Shown: positions 10,042-25,727, counted from the first letter of the stretch. The stretch is 64,000 nucleotides of DNA from Eledone cirrhosa (GCA_964016885.1 OZ024740.1:178498001-178562000); one strand, 5' to 3'. The notes: a model not told the origin generated them from the letters alone. Numbers and translations: made by a program.

Positions 10042-12590
10042 CTATTTGAAGAAGGATATTTTTAAGCGATGTGTACAACATATCGCTGTTTCAGCTCTGC
10101 TGTTGATGAGATCGTTGGGTGCAGTTATGATGTGGTAGAGCTCCATGAGGCAAAGATCGCACTTCTTCTTGAAGTTGTACGGTGCAGCCCTGCCGACATT
10201 ATCCCAGTGCGTGGAGAAGCTGATGTTTGAGTCCTTTAGTGATGTGATGTAGTCCGCGAGGGAAGTGGAGTGTCTTAGTTTGTTATTTGTGAAAGAGTGG
10301 AGATGTATTCGAAACCTAATTTTGAACGGGCCGGAGGTAGCCCCTATATAATGTTTAACGCTATTGTTGCTAGTTACAGTGCATCTATATATAACCATAT
10401 CAGTCATGCAGTATCCTCTAAGGGGGAAGTGTCCTCTGTCGCGGCAGTTGCAATTTCTGTCGCGGTTCCGTCTATTTCCCACGGTAAGGCTATCATTGTT
10501 GCTGCCTACGTTGTTACCTACGCTACCGCAGCTGTCGTTAGCACCATTACAACCCACAGCACGCGGGGCGGTGCGATTGTTATTCCGCACGTCATGTTCT
10601 GCATGTTCCCCAGTCATTTCGCGGTTATGCTGGTTGCGTCTGCGGAGGCCGTTGCCAGCAGTATTGGATGCTGGTAGGCAGTTGTTAAGGCCGATATAGT
10701 TATTGTCAGGTGTAGGTGCGTCTGTGTCGAGGTGCTGTGTCTTGGTGATCTTACTGTGGTTCGTTGTTCCTATGATGTCTGCTAGGTTAGAAGTAGTAGA
10801 GAAGGATATTTTTATATTGTTCCTATTAAGAATTTTTCTATACCTATGGTTGGGCGGGAAGTTCTTCTCTAAGACTTCGAAGAATATTCGGGGTATGTTG
10901 GAGGCCACACTCCAAGAGTGGGGGGAGGGGGGAACCATAGGACGTTACAGTGGCGATTACGTGTCCTTGTACGTTTGCTATGGGTGGTTCCATCTAGGTG
11001 ACCGCTCTTATGTATGTTAATGCGCTGTAGCCCGTTAGGTGCCCCTTTTACTTTATGCTCGGGTGCACTCTTCTTCCCTCTTCCATGTTTATGTACAGGA
11101 AGATGTTGGTTGGAAGGCTTTGGTAGTAGGCCGTCGCCTTTGTTGGTTTTGTAGTAGGGGAATAGTTTGAGTAATCTACGGTGGTCACCGTCGCCGGGGT
11201 CGTGATCTTTAGTGCGATTATCTATTCTATTATATCCGACTTCAACGAGGTCGCCGCGTGATCGGTTATAGGTATGGCTTACTATAACGTTCGTTTTATG
11301 AGGGAGGTAGTTTCTAGAGCTAGCGTTAGGGATGTACGAAATTCCTCGGTTAAAGCCGGCGTTTATCAAGGCCCTATTGTAGTAATCTGCCGCTTGGTTG
11401 AAGATATCCTCATTAGCAGATACCCTCGTGATTCTATGTGAGATACTATAGACTATGGAGTGGAGAGTCTGCTTAGGGTGGTTGGAAGCATAATTAATAT
11501 AAGAGAGGCACTCTCCAGGCTTATGGTATGGCTTGTATAAGCCCGTACTCAACTCAAGGGTGAACCTTGTGGTTGAGGTCCATAGTTACGGATAGGCCGT
11601 ATGACTTGAAGAACCTGTATATATGTTTGTTAAGGTTCTCTAGCCTACGGTTCCTAACGGTAAACAAGGCGTCGTCCCTATATACACCTCCTTGTAGGGC
11701 CGGTATCTCGCCCTAAGCTTATGTAGGAGGTATATCCCGACCAGGTCAGTTGCTTGCACTGAGTCACTGGACCCCATCGTGACATCGAAGTTATCAGGAC
11801 GGTTGGTTCTGGTCCAGTAGGAGCCTTCGACTGGATAATGGTTCTACGCGCCGCTAGAACTATGTATATTTATTTTTTAGTGAGGCTAGTGTTAAATTTA
11901 GTTAAGATGAATGCCTTATTTAAGAGTATGGGGGAGATAGAGGCGTAGTAACTATCTATGTCAAACTGGATGAACATCAGGGTCGCTTTATCCGGCAACT
12001 CGGTGAACCAATTTATGACCTGGTCGGTGTTGCCCCAGAGGCAGACCTTTGTGATCCTTAAGAGAGAATCTAGGCGTCAGAGGGACGTACGGGTTAGTGT
12101 ACTTTTCTATTTCTAAGCTGGTGACTATATCCTTCCCTACACTATTTATGTCATTTAGGGTACTAGAGGGTGTCTTTTTGTAGTCTTTGTGTAGTTCCTT
12201 ATAGATGAATTTGTTATACTTACTCGCGTCCATCTTGTACAGCTTCTTGGTTTTGTCGGAGGTGACGAAGAGGTGTGGGTCATTCTTGATCTTAGTTATT
12301 AGTGTATCAAGGGACGTTAAGAATGGATTGCTGCATTGGTGTTTCTTTCTGAACTTAACGTTTTTGATCATTTTCAGCAGGTCCTCTTCAAAGGAGTCCA
12401 GTAAGGTGTTGTGCGTTGGGTTTCGGTAGGTTTTGAAGCCATACCTCTCTTTGGGTTCAGGAAAGTTACGGGTGTTCTTATCCAGGTGGTAGGCCTTCCA
12501 TCTGACTCTCCGTATAAACGAGTTAGTAGCGTCTATAAGCAGTTTGAGGTAGGTTTTACTTCTGGGTAAGGGGATACACTTGAGAGACAT
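10042..12590 (-). pseudogene. Naiad RT-GIY-YIG ORF broken into several frames
   Basis: ORF-track pieces 11988-12590, 10869-11552 and 10042-10938 are collinear with the other two Naiad copies. Confidence 0.85.
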
Positions 12591-12899
12591 GGGTAACGGC
12601 TGGTACTCCTACATAATGGCAAATAAGGTGAGATGCTCTACAAAAGGAGCACGGTAATACAGTATTTACGTATCGAGAGAGAGAAAAAAAGGGGAGGATA
12701 GGTGATACATATAGTTATTTGCCAAGTAGCGTATGCCAAAGGTTCTCGATACTAGTGCCGGCAGTATTAAATATTCGAAGTTTATTTAAAACAGCACCTA
12801 CGTACGTTTCGCCCAGTTATTTAGATATTTAGATATTTAGATATTTATTAAAGAATCGAGCCCTCTTCGGATTTTAACCTTCACATTTATTATTATTTG

Positions 12900-14810
<1,911 letters not shown>

Positions 14811-14839
14811 ATCAGCATAGCTGGTGACGTTGCTATGCA

Positions 14840-16570
14840 GCCATTGACGTCAGCATAGTTGGTAACGTTGCCAACCTTTTTATGGTATGGTGGGAAAGGA
14901 GACTCAAAGATCTTCATAGACCTCATCATGTACTCTCGTTACGTAGACGACATTAATATAGTAATAAGGACATCACCACAAGAGAGTACTAACAAGTATG
15001 ATTTAGAATGTAGCACAATGGAAAGCATCCAGCAGATAGCTAATTCCATACAACAGAGTATAACTGTAACTATCGACTACCCTTCCAAACACCCTAACAA
15101 TAGACTACCTGTATTAGACATGGAACTCTGGATTAACACTATAGACGAGAGAGCCCAAATTCTCCACTCACACTACGCTAAATCCATGGCCTCCAAATAC
15201 CTGATACTCAAAGCTCTGCAATGTCCAGTAGTGCTAAGTTGAATATTCTGATCGCAGACTTGGTACGAGTGATGAAGAACGTGTCCCGCATGTACGACCC
15301 AACAGAAATGGAACGACACATCCAAGATTTCATCAACCGCATGCAGTTCTCTGGCTACAACCAAAGAGACAGAATAAGAGTATACGGAGGAGCCATGGAG
15401 AAGTATAAGACCCTCATAGAACTGGACATGAAAGGAATTTCCCATTATGCAGGAACAAATCATGGAATAGCTTAGATAGGACTAAACATAAGATAGGGAA
15501 AGCCACCTCATTGTACGACAACCAGAGATAACAGAGTGTCATGTTTGTGGACGCTAACCCTGGAGGGAAATTAGCTAACCAGTGTAGAAAGGCCCTGAGA
15601 AAGACCCACTTAAAGAATAAGGTGGTAGAAAAGACAGGAACCACCATAAAATCCCTGATCAGCAAAACATACCCTTTTCAGAAAACCCACTGTACTAATA
15701 GGAAATGTATTATATGTAAAGTAAACCCCGGATAAACTGTAAAACTAGAGACGTAGTCTATAGCATACGGTGTACAGAGGGTACTTGCAGAAACATGACA
15801 ACAACATACATAGGCGAGACAGCTCGTATCATAGGTGAAAGGATAGACCCTCACTGGGGGGAACTAAAAAACGATTAGGTACTATACGAACACGCCAGAC
15901 AACAACATGACGGTAACATAGACAACATAGAAATTAAAATAATATCTAAACATAGAAATGGCCCAGCAGATAGGCAAATCAGTGAGGCCAGTGAAATAGA
16001 ACTTAAAAGGCCAAAGCTAAACAGAAAAAATGAATGGAATAACAACAACACCCAAACAAACAATACTGACCTAAGAGAAATATAAATAAATAAATATATA
16101 CACAAGCACAATAACAACAAACACATATAAACACACACTAGTAAACTAAGATAAAGATAGAATACAATAACCAAAACACAGTCACCCAAACGCGAACACA
16201 CATCAAACAATATACACACACACAAATGCATGTGCAGAGAAGACAAAAATAAATAAATAAATAAATAAATAAATAAACAGATTAAATAAAGATAGCGTAG
16301 ACATACAATACAACAGGAGGAAACATAATAGCACCACTAACGATGTTGCAAATGTGCAACGAAAGAACTTTGTTAGACTATATATATGTGTTTATGCCTA
16401 TATTATATCTGTATTTTTGACCGTTGGTCAGTCAATGGTAAACATTGAGGACCGAATAAATTAACTGATATGAAAGATACAGCAGCTAAAACCAACTAAA
16501 CAGTGAGTGTGTTCTGTTATTAATTCTGGCAATATTATTCCAATAATATGACCCTCCCCAAATATAACTA
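14840..16570 (+). mobile_element. PLE family A2, right arm of the head-to-head inverted pair
   Basis: Reverse complement of 13080-14810; mutated HHR (CUAACGA) at 16335-16372; ends in (TA)n. Confidence 0.88.
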
Positions 16571-16590
16571 TATATATATAAATATGTATA

Positions 16591-16660
<70 letters not shown>

Positions 16661-16665
<5 letters not shown>

Positions 16666-17263
16666 GCATGTATAGTATATTTTGGCAATATACCGTATGT
16701 TTAATTAAAAAGATTTAGAAGACCATACGCTATCGGTTTTAAAGTACTGGCTATGTCACTTCTTTTAGGCGAAAGAAGGGTGAGAAGCTAACAGTCTGTT
16801 TCACACTGGTTGTGGACAATTAGGGCCAGACACCCCCTACTTCCGCCGAAAATTATAGAAGCTGGATTCTTATAGAATTCCAGTAATAATCAGGAGCTGA
16901 TTATACAGAGCGATTGCTGGTCCAGCAAAAATTAGGTATTAGGATTGGTGCTCTGAAATAGCGATGTATACATGAATGTATAGTATATTTGGCAATATAC
17001 CGTACGTTATCGGTTTTAAAGTACTGACTATGTCACTTACTTCTTTTCGGCGAAAGAAGGGAGAGAAGCTAACAGTCTGTTTCCTGATTATTACTGGAAT
17101 TCTATAAGAATCCAGCTTCTATAATTTTAAAGACATAGTCACTACTTTAAGACCGATAGCGCACGCTCTTCTAAATGTTTTTAATTAAACATACGGTATA
17201 TTGCCAAATATACAATATATGCATTCATGTATACATCGCTATTTCAGAGCACCAATCCTAATA

Positions 17264-17266
<3 letters not shown>
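16661..17266. repeat. About 310-bp-period partial tandem repeat plus fold-back inverted segments, between (TA)n tracts
   Basis: 16661-16802 matches 16972-17082 (direct); 17083-17127 and 17131-17266 are reverse complements of parts of the unit. Confidence 0.7.
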
Positions 17267-17341
<75 letters not shown>

Positions 17342-17738
17342 ATATACACAGTGGAACATGCGTTCACGGGCTTAATTTGTTCCTAAAGGCTTTTCGTCAT
17401 CCGAAATGTTGATATATTTATATATATATATATAAATAAATGTATCAACGTTTGTCAGTGTTGAACAAATGAGCAACGATGGTTGCTAGACACTGTACGG
17501 CTTAATTCGGGATGTTTGTTTACAAACACACCGAGCACTATAATAAATGTTCGGTGAAACCATACGTACATATATATATGTGTGCATATATGTATATATA
17601 TATACATACTACTGTACGTCTGTATACATATATGTATGTACGTATACATACTTATATTTAAGTAACAGCCGTACTAAGAGTGAGAAATGAAATTTCGTTT
17701 CATTTTTTCCGTTTATTGTTTTCGGTACCCCGGCCGAT

Positions 17739-17759
17739 TAACTCACTCGATATGCAAAT
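17739..17759 (+). promoter_or_regulatory. TAACTCA + octamer ATGCAAAT cassette
   Basis: Same 13-bp start-to-start spacing as 2902-2922. Confidence 0.55.
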
Positions 17760-17836
17760 TAGGCTGCTCAGCCGTTAATATGCATTCGGAAAGTATATAC
17801 TTTCAGACGTTCAATCATCTGGCAGGAAGGTATACG

Positions 17837-17873
17837 TTGCTGACGATAGCTAATAAGCTTGAAACTAGTACAG
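17837..17873 (+). ncRNA. Type-I hammerhead ribozyme
   Basis: UUG-CUGACGA-U AGCU aaua AGCU U-GAAA CUAG UA-CAG; distal AGGAA/UUCCU pairing. Confidence 0.82.
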
Positions 17874-19916
17874 AGTTCCTTTGTAAGTGTTGAACAAATG
17901 AGCAACGATGGTTGCTAGACACTGTACGGCTTAATTCGGGATGTTTGTTTACAAACACACCGAGCATTATAATAAATGTTCGGTGAATCCATACGTACAT
18001 ATATATATGTGTGCATGTATGTATATATATATATATATATACATACTACTGTACAACTGTATACATATATGTATGTATGTATACATATATATATATATAT
18101 GTTTGTGTGTGTGTGTGAGTGTGTGTGTGTGCGTGTGTGTGTATGTGTGTGTGTGTGACTGTGTGTTCGCGAGTATGCGTGAGTGTTTATGTGTGTGCTT
18201 GTATATATGAATATATAATTTTATTAAAATATTTTCCATTAACGGAGCCAAGATTTGATCATTATGTTTGTTGCTTCTCTTGTATGAAATGAACGTTGAT
18301 TGTCTGTCGGCTAATGCTCGGTTTGCAAATTCCGTCATTACTTAAACATCTTAGATTAGTTTTTGCTGTATTAGCTTGTTTTTAGTTTTGCTATATTTTG
18401 TCTGGCAATTTCTTTGTTTATCCAATTACATTTGCTTTTCATCTTTTATAAACTGTTTAACGAACTATTAAAAATCAATACGAACGAGGAACGAAGTAAA
18501 TATATTTTGGTAATGATATAAATAACAGGCTATAGCCTTTAGGTGATTCAAATTAGTCTACGGAAATTTAACTTTATTTTTAGACATTATAAATTATGAT
18601 TCTTTCTTTGTCTTTTATTTGTGCTTATATGTTTGTGTATATTGCTGCGTCACAGATATTAACCTTTGAAGAAACATTAATGCCTTTCATGGACTCAACC
18701 TCTCTTATCCGTGACAAAAGAGGATAGTTGATTATCCGTATTTCAGTGTGCCTTGAAATTCTGATGAAATCATAGGAGTACTTTTCTGACATTTTAAAGC
18801 TAGATGAGCCCAGAAATAAACGAATGAATAACATGAGATAAAAAAAATAATGATGGGTTGAGAGTTTTCTCCTTCAATAATATGCTCTGTGTCAAAAGAA
18901 AGTGTTTCAGAGATAGAACCAACTTTTCAAATCAACTAGAAGCTCGCTGCACAGAAATCGCTTTTTAGGGAAAAAATGCACTGAATGATGTAGCCTTGGA
19001 TATGTAATAAGATATAATGTGAACGTTGAGGCAGAAATTATTTGACCATACATAACATCGGTCATGATTAACCTGGATTGAAACAACTTAATTTTAATTT
19101 CTAGACTGATAATAACATTGATAGATAATGTATCTAAGATGGCAGTTGCCATTCACCTTTTGTCCAATAATTATAGAGATTTTACTAACACCACACTCTA
19201 CCAATGTTTTAATGCTGCTGCTTCGAGTCTTATATTTCAGATATCATTTTATTAAACATGGTGTGTATTTATTTTTATTCTCCGAATTTAGTTTATCTTA
19301 TCTCTCTGGTTTTTATTATATGTTCAGTTCATCTTTAGTTCTTTAGTACTGACACATTCTTTTGTGTAGGTAAAAAAAAGTACATTTTTACTTAAAGTAA
19401 TTTAATTACCCCGCTGCACCACGAAACGAACTAACAAATCACAAGACAAAAAAGAAAAAAAACACGAAAATGTGACTATATTCAATAATAAAATGCAGTA
19501 TTCCCCAGATATAAGTTAGTTATGATATATATTTTTGTAATTTCCCATATATTTTTTCAATATGGAGTAAAACGTACATTCCGAGACTAAAAACTTAAAT
19601 TGTAGTAGGTTGTTTTATTTTGTTACACATTTTCCGTGCGAGACAGACAGCAATTTGTCACTCTCTCTCTTTTTTTTATTTAATATTTTATTCCGAATAA
19701 TATACTATTTGAATTTACATAAAAACATAATAAAAATAAGTGATGACAAAAAACAATAGTGATATTTCTTTCATCATAGACTATTTTTGAAAAAAGAACA
19801 AAAAAAGAAAAAACAACAGTAAATAAAAAACAAAAACCATCTGTTTTATGATCTTTGCTTTTCGCTACTATTCACATGATCTCATGAGGTCAAGTATTGT
19901 AGAGGTTGATAGCAAA

Positions 19917-19964
<48 letters not shown>

Positions 19965-19994
19965 ATCTCTCTCTCTCTGTTTCTGTCTCTGTCT

Positions 19995-20112
<118 letters not shown>

Positions 20113-20130
20113 TATATAATATATATAATA

Positions 20131-20189
<59 letters not shown>

Positions 20190-21604
20190 TACTTACACAC
20201 ATAATCTTTGAGTTAACATATCTATGATCAAAAGCCGCAAGCCATGACCATGACACCTTTCTCTCAGACGTATTATATTTTTATCTAACGTTTAGAAAAC
20301 CACATGGAAATGATTTAATATTCAAGCACACAATTGTAAAAGAAAAAGGCTTATAACATTCTGTTTTACAAATTTGTGCAGAAGTGATAATGGCATGACT
20401 TTTCAGCTTTTTCAGAACAGAGAAAATATATGTAGCTATAACCTGGCATTTGCATGTTACTGTCTCGAAGAAAACCCTGGGTAGAAAGGGAATCGAGATT
20501 TTGGCCTGAATACTTGCAAGACTGTACACTTCGCTAAAGACATTCAAGGAACAGGTGATCGTATTAACCCAGACAAAGTTGGATAAAGACATGTCACAAG
20601 TTGGACAGGGGTCACGAATGGCGTAAATATCCAATATTTGATATTTAGATATAATTATGAAGATATTCTGTTTATCTAGTAATGAATATATAGTTGTGAA
20701 TTGAAACCTTCATACAGAAACAACTTGAGTAAAACTTACAACCAGGATGTGAAGTCAAATCAACTTTAATGAAGTAATTTCATGTTGCCAAAGAAAGTTT
20801 CGTACGTTTTGCATGCGTTACATTACGAGAACATGAGATGCCTCAGCTATCTTAACTAAATATAAATATAAGTAGAACAAGTTCAGTTATATAACATAAT
20901 GGAGAAAACTGAAGCTAAATCACCCAAAATATGATAGTATGTTTTTTTACAAATATACCAATTTATCTTAGCTCAAATTCCTTATATATGTAGGTACACG
21001 TAATGTGTATCATTGGTAATTTGTATTGTCTCACGGCTTATATTCCTAAAGCAATTAGGCGTATAATTAATGCAATAATCGACTGAAACTGAAAACATAT
21101 ATATTGAATTATTATAGTACTTATCCTTTTTATAGATTTGATCTGGATGGAGGTGTTATAACCACGGTCTTCACAGGTCTTCTGAGACCGGTGAAATCTA
21201 CGACATTTAAAGTTTTCTTGAAACCTTGCAATTGATGACTGCTGGAAAGAAAAACAAATTAATCAGGTAGGAAATTGCAAAAGTCCAAGTTTTCTGGGAG
21301 GAAATCAAGGGATTTGTGGTCAGGCACTCAAGTCGTATTTCTAAATATATTTACTTCAATTTCACTAAGCGTAATATATTTAGAGGATGAATTATTTCGA
21401 CAACACGTCAATCGTGAATTTCCCATAGAGACCAGATGCATAAATAATGTGAGTTTAACTTTGACTGAGGGGTAGCAAACTATCTATTGGAATACTAGAC
21501 CTGCTTAAAAACTACCCTGTTGATCCACAATGTTCACCACTATTTCTTAAACTGTATCATTGATTATGAAAAGATGAACATTTTCTTTCGGATATTTATA
21601 ATTA

Positions 21605-21790
21605 TAATTGTTTCTACTTTTCGCACTAGGCCAGAAATTATCCCAGTGCATTACTGGTACTTTATTTTATCGACCCCATAAGGATGAAAGGCAAAGTTAA
21701 CATCGGCGGGATTTGAACTCAGACCGAAAATGGCCGTAATTCTATACCGCTAAACATGGCGTCCGACTCTCTACCAATACTGCCACCCAA
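21605..21790 (-). mobile_element. tRNA-derived SINE copy
   Basis: Reverse complement of the 4008 family. Confidence 0.8.
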
Positions 21791-22044
21791 ACGTCTTTAT
21801 AATTATAATGTGAACTCCGCAATTGTTAATAGGAAACCAGTAGGGTAGCTTCTACTTCGCTTTTGTTATTTCATGAACATGGATGATATTTTCAAATTAC
21901 GTCATCTATGTTTATAAAAGGCATTTAAACAAACACATCAAATGATATACAAAACTAGATAGAAATGTAATTATATGCATTCGTGAAGTAAACAAATAAT
22001 AGAAAAAAAAACTCAACAACAACAAATACAGCAACAACAATTAT

Positions 22045-22255
22045 AATAATGTTTTCTACTATAGGCACAAGGCCAGCAATTTGGGGGAGGGGAAAGTCAA
22101 TTAATTTAACTCTAGTGCATTACTGGTACTTTATTTTATTGACCCTGTAAGGATGAAAGTCAAAGCTAACTTCAGCGGGATTTGAACGCAGAACATAAAG
22201 GGCCGTAACTCTATGGCACGAAGCATGTTGTCCGACGCTCTACAAATACTGCCAT
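22045..22255 (-). mobile_element. tRNA-derived SINE copy
   Basis: Reverse complement of the 4008 family. Confidence 0.8.
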
Positions 22256-22949
22256 AATAATAATGGTTTCATTTATTGGCCGCAAGGGCCATACTTCCAT
22301 GATAATAATAATTATTATTATTATATTTACATAAGTTAAAACAATTCCACAGCTCCAAACTTCGTACAAGAAACGGGATTCTTGGGGTAAAAATGTAGGC
22401 TCCATCTATGATACAACACTGTGCTCGGATCGTCACGTGAACCAATGTTGAGGTTAGATATACCTTTGAACATGAAACTTTAGGACCATGCAGTGTATCC
22501 AAAATCCACTAAACATGAAACTTGCAAAAATAGGGAAAAGGGCTGATATGTGCGAGGGAACGTATCACGAATGATACGCGAGGCATTCATTACCACGTCA
22601 TAAATAAGAATAAATGGCCTTTACAGTGTACCTCAGCTGGAATATCTATAGGAAAAGGAAATTTGGAAATTAAAGAAGAGTTAATAAGACGAGTCTCATA
22701 CATAAGCCCTTACATAAAATGCCTCTGTAGATAGAAGTAAAAGAGAGAGAAGAAAATAGAGAGAGGGGGGAGGAGGAGTCGTAATTCGTGGTACTTTTCT
22801 TCGTACGTTTCATGTGATACAGAAGCAGCTGTTTTTGAAAATATATTATTTAATAATAGATTAGATCATCTCCTGTGTTTATTTCTTTCTAATTCGGTGG
22901 GGTTTAGTTCATATTGAAACAATCCTGTTCATATTATGTTCACTACAAT

Positions 22950-23050
22950 GGGTTAACTTTGCCTTTCATCCTTACGGGGTCGATAAAATAAAGTACCAGT
23001 AATACACTGGGTAATTGCTGGCCTTGTGCCAAAAATAGAAACAATTATTT
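22950..23050 (+). mobile_element. 5'-truncated SINE copy
   Basis: Central domain and tail only. Confidence 0.75.
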
Positions 23051-23959
23051 TCGCTACAATATATATATATATATTATGTTTACACATTTGTACTGCTGGA
23101 AATCAATTCATGCGAAATTACTGTTGAGTTTCATAAACCATTCGTATATTCACAAATATATGTATAGGTTTTCTCAATAATAAACGGGCGGTTTCTAAAG
23201 AAGAAAAGCGAGATAAGTGAATTGTCGTGTTTTTACGTATGTATGTTCTTCTGGTTTTATAATTTCACACATTTTTACCAATAGAAAGAGAGAGAGTCAG
23301 TTTCTAACATAGACACAAGACTCTCATTGGAATTTACACAACATCAACTAGGTAGATATGTAAGTATGCACGCATGCATGTATGGGCAGGTATGGATGTT
23401 ATTATATGTGTGGGGGTGTATGTTTTGAGTTATATATGAGCATATGCATATGCTTTGTATCTGTACAAGTGTGTATGTAGTTATTGCATGCAGAATATTT
23501 GGAATGTTTTACATATTTTTACTGTTCCATTAATGGATTGTACTTGTAATTTCCTAACTAATCGTGTTCTCTCTGGTTCTGTGAAAGCCAGCTTCTCAAG
23601 ATTTGCACTGGGGCAGTTATTAACATATATCAGTGCCACAATAACCACAGGTATAAATGTGTGTGGGCGTTTTCATGCGAGTGTGTGTATGCGCGGGTGT
23701 GTTTATGTGTGCGAGTGTGTGTGTTTGTGTAAACCAGTGATCGAATCGGAGACGCTGGCCGTGAAAGACGACCATCACTGATAACGAACAGTTAATTCCG
23801 CAGTTGATTCCGGACCTGCTAGAAATAGCAGTCATTTTGGTAAGCATACCTGGCATGATTTTCTTCTCTGATGTTATAAAATTAGTATCAAAAATCTTCC
23901 TGGATATACTCTTATTCCATTGCTGTACTTACTTTTAGATAGTCACTTTTCTTTTTTGT

Positions 23960-24018
23960 GTGATGCGTGAAGGAACCAACCAGCCAACAAACATCTCTCT
24001 TTTATATTATATATAGAT
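23960..24018 (-). mobile_element. Possible non-autonomous Helitron 5' end
   Basis: Reverse complement begins (A)TCTATATATAATATAAAAGAGAGATGTTTGTTGG, typical of invertebrate Helitron left ends. Confidence 0.35.
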
Positions 24019-24609
24019 GGTGGGAATGCATGAATTTTTAAACGTCTACATAATAAAAAGACACTGTTGTCAGCTAGTATCTATTTCTTTCTTTCTCAAT
24101 CTTATTTACGCCTTGTAATTCCTTCCTTGATGTGGTTAGTGTAAAATATGAGTTAAGTAAGGTGTGATGACTGCTCTGGAAAAGGTTTCTAATTCGGTTC
24201 TCTAATGGGGCTATTGTGTGTTTATATATTTTGTACAGTAATTAGCCTTCAACGTGTTTATAAAGAAATGCTCATGGTTATTTACCAGACTATATGAAAA
24301 TAGGCTTTATTGAATGTAGTACAAATTAACAGCTTCTGATGTGTTTACCTTGCCAGAAGATATTTACTTACGAAGCAATGAAACCAAGCCGATTGTGAGA
24401 AAAGTTTGCTATTTAGCATAGAAAAGATAAAGATAAGTCTATTCAATATATTTCGTAGCTGCATAATAGATTTATAAATTGGTATTAGATAACAGCATCA
24501 TTTACGTGAGTATATGCGATGATTGAAGATGGATTAACTCTAGTTTGTACACCCACACATGTATATGATTGTATGTATGTATATGTATATGTATGTATGT
24601 ATGTATTTG

Positions 24610-24830
24610 AAGGAGTATGGCTTAGAAGCTAGAATGTCGGTCTTACAATCATGAGGTTGTGAGTTCGATTCTCGGACCGGGTTTGCGTTGATTTATGGGC
24701 AAAACACATTGACTTCAAATCCCGCCGAGGTTAACACTGCCTTTCATCCTTACGGGGTCGATAAAATAAAGTACCAGTAATACACTGGATAATTGCTGGC
24801 CTTGTGCCAAAAGTAGAAACAATTATTTCA
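24610..24830 (+). mobile_element. SINE copy joined to a second tRNA-like head
   Basis: GTGAGTTCGATTCTC B-box at about 24660, then the 4008-family body. Confidence 0.65.
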
Positions 24831-25096
24831 ATAAAACACTTTAATTACTCAGCTGTAGATATCAGTTGCAACATCATTAGTGTCAGGCTGTATCGGCATT
24901 TGTCTTTCACAGTGATGATATCGGTGGCAAGGGGAGATTGGTATGCATGGGCGACTACTGGTCTTTCACAAATGTCCTTGCCCGGACTTGTGTCTCGGAG
25001 GGGAACTTCCTCCGTGCAAATCCCATGGTCATTCGTGACCGAAGGGGGTCTTTACCTTTATGTATATATTTACGTATGAATGTACGTAATACCCTT

Positions 25097-25688
25097 ATCA
25101 TCATCATCATCATTTAACGTCCATCTTCCACGCTAGCATGGGTTGGACCGGTTTTTCCCACTTGACACAAGATTGGTTGGGTGACCGTGTCTCGCCCGTA
25201 CAGAACTGTTTCTGCAAGGTTTTCTCCGGCCGGATGCCGTTCCCAACACCAACCACATTTAGAGTGTGGACTGGGGCCTCTTTACCGTGTCTCCTACACA
25301 CTATACGGGGTGGACTGTGTGATTTTTGTTGTGTCACCTACACGACCACTTTACAGTAGACAAAAATGGGAGGATAGAATAGGGTGTGTGGGGTGGTGGT
25401 GTATATTGGGTTAAGGGGTGCCTATTTACTGTAGGTTCAAGTTCGTATACAAGGGAAGGCGACTCTTCTGTATAGCTGCATAATGCCAAAGATCTCGATC
25501 CAGTGACATTATCTTAGAGAGGTGTAAGTGAGCAAGGTCAGTTTTTATCACCTCGTCCCAGGTTTTTCTTGGTCTACCCTCTCCGTAGCTTCCATCAATT
25601 TTGATCGCTCTGCCCTTTTTTATACAGCTGGCGTTCCTCATACGCATGACATGTCCATACCAACGCAGCCTCTTCTCCTGCACACAAC
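25097..25688 (-). mobile_element. RTE-clade LINE 3' fragment with (GAT)n tail
   Basis: QEKRLRWYGHVMRM...GRPRKTWDEVIKTDL is the RTE ORF2 C-terminus. Confidence 0.85.
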
Positions 25689-25727
25689 ATATATATTTAT
25701 TTATGTATATAAGTATATACATTTGTA

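Larger units (their letters stand above)
9406..12818 (-). mobile_element. Near-full-length Naiad-clade PLE with direct pLTRs, frameshifted
   Basis: N-terminus SLKCIPLP..SFIRRVRWKA, YRDD RT core, CNC..PL.G.C knuckle, GIY-YIG with C-terminal CDLCLME; pLTR 9406-9650 matches 12657-12818. Confidence 0.88.
17451..18087 (+). mobile_element. Non-coding partial-tandem (429-bp period) hammerhead element, diverged paralog of 2594-3270
   Basis: 17451-17650 is repeated at 17880-18087; HHR at 17837-17873; octamer at 17752. Confidence 0.78.

Noticed and set aside
24610-24690. tRNA gene
   Set aside because: Only A/B-box remnants of a SINE head, with no cloverleaf
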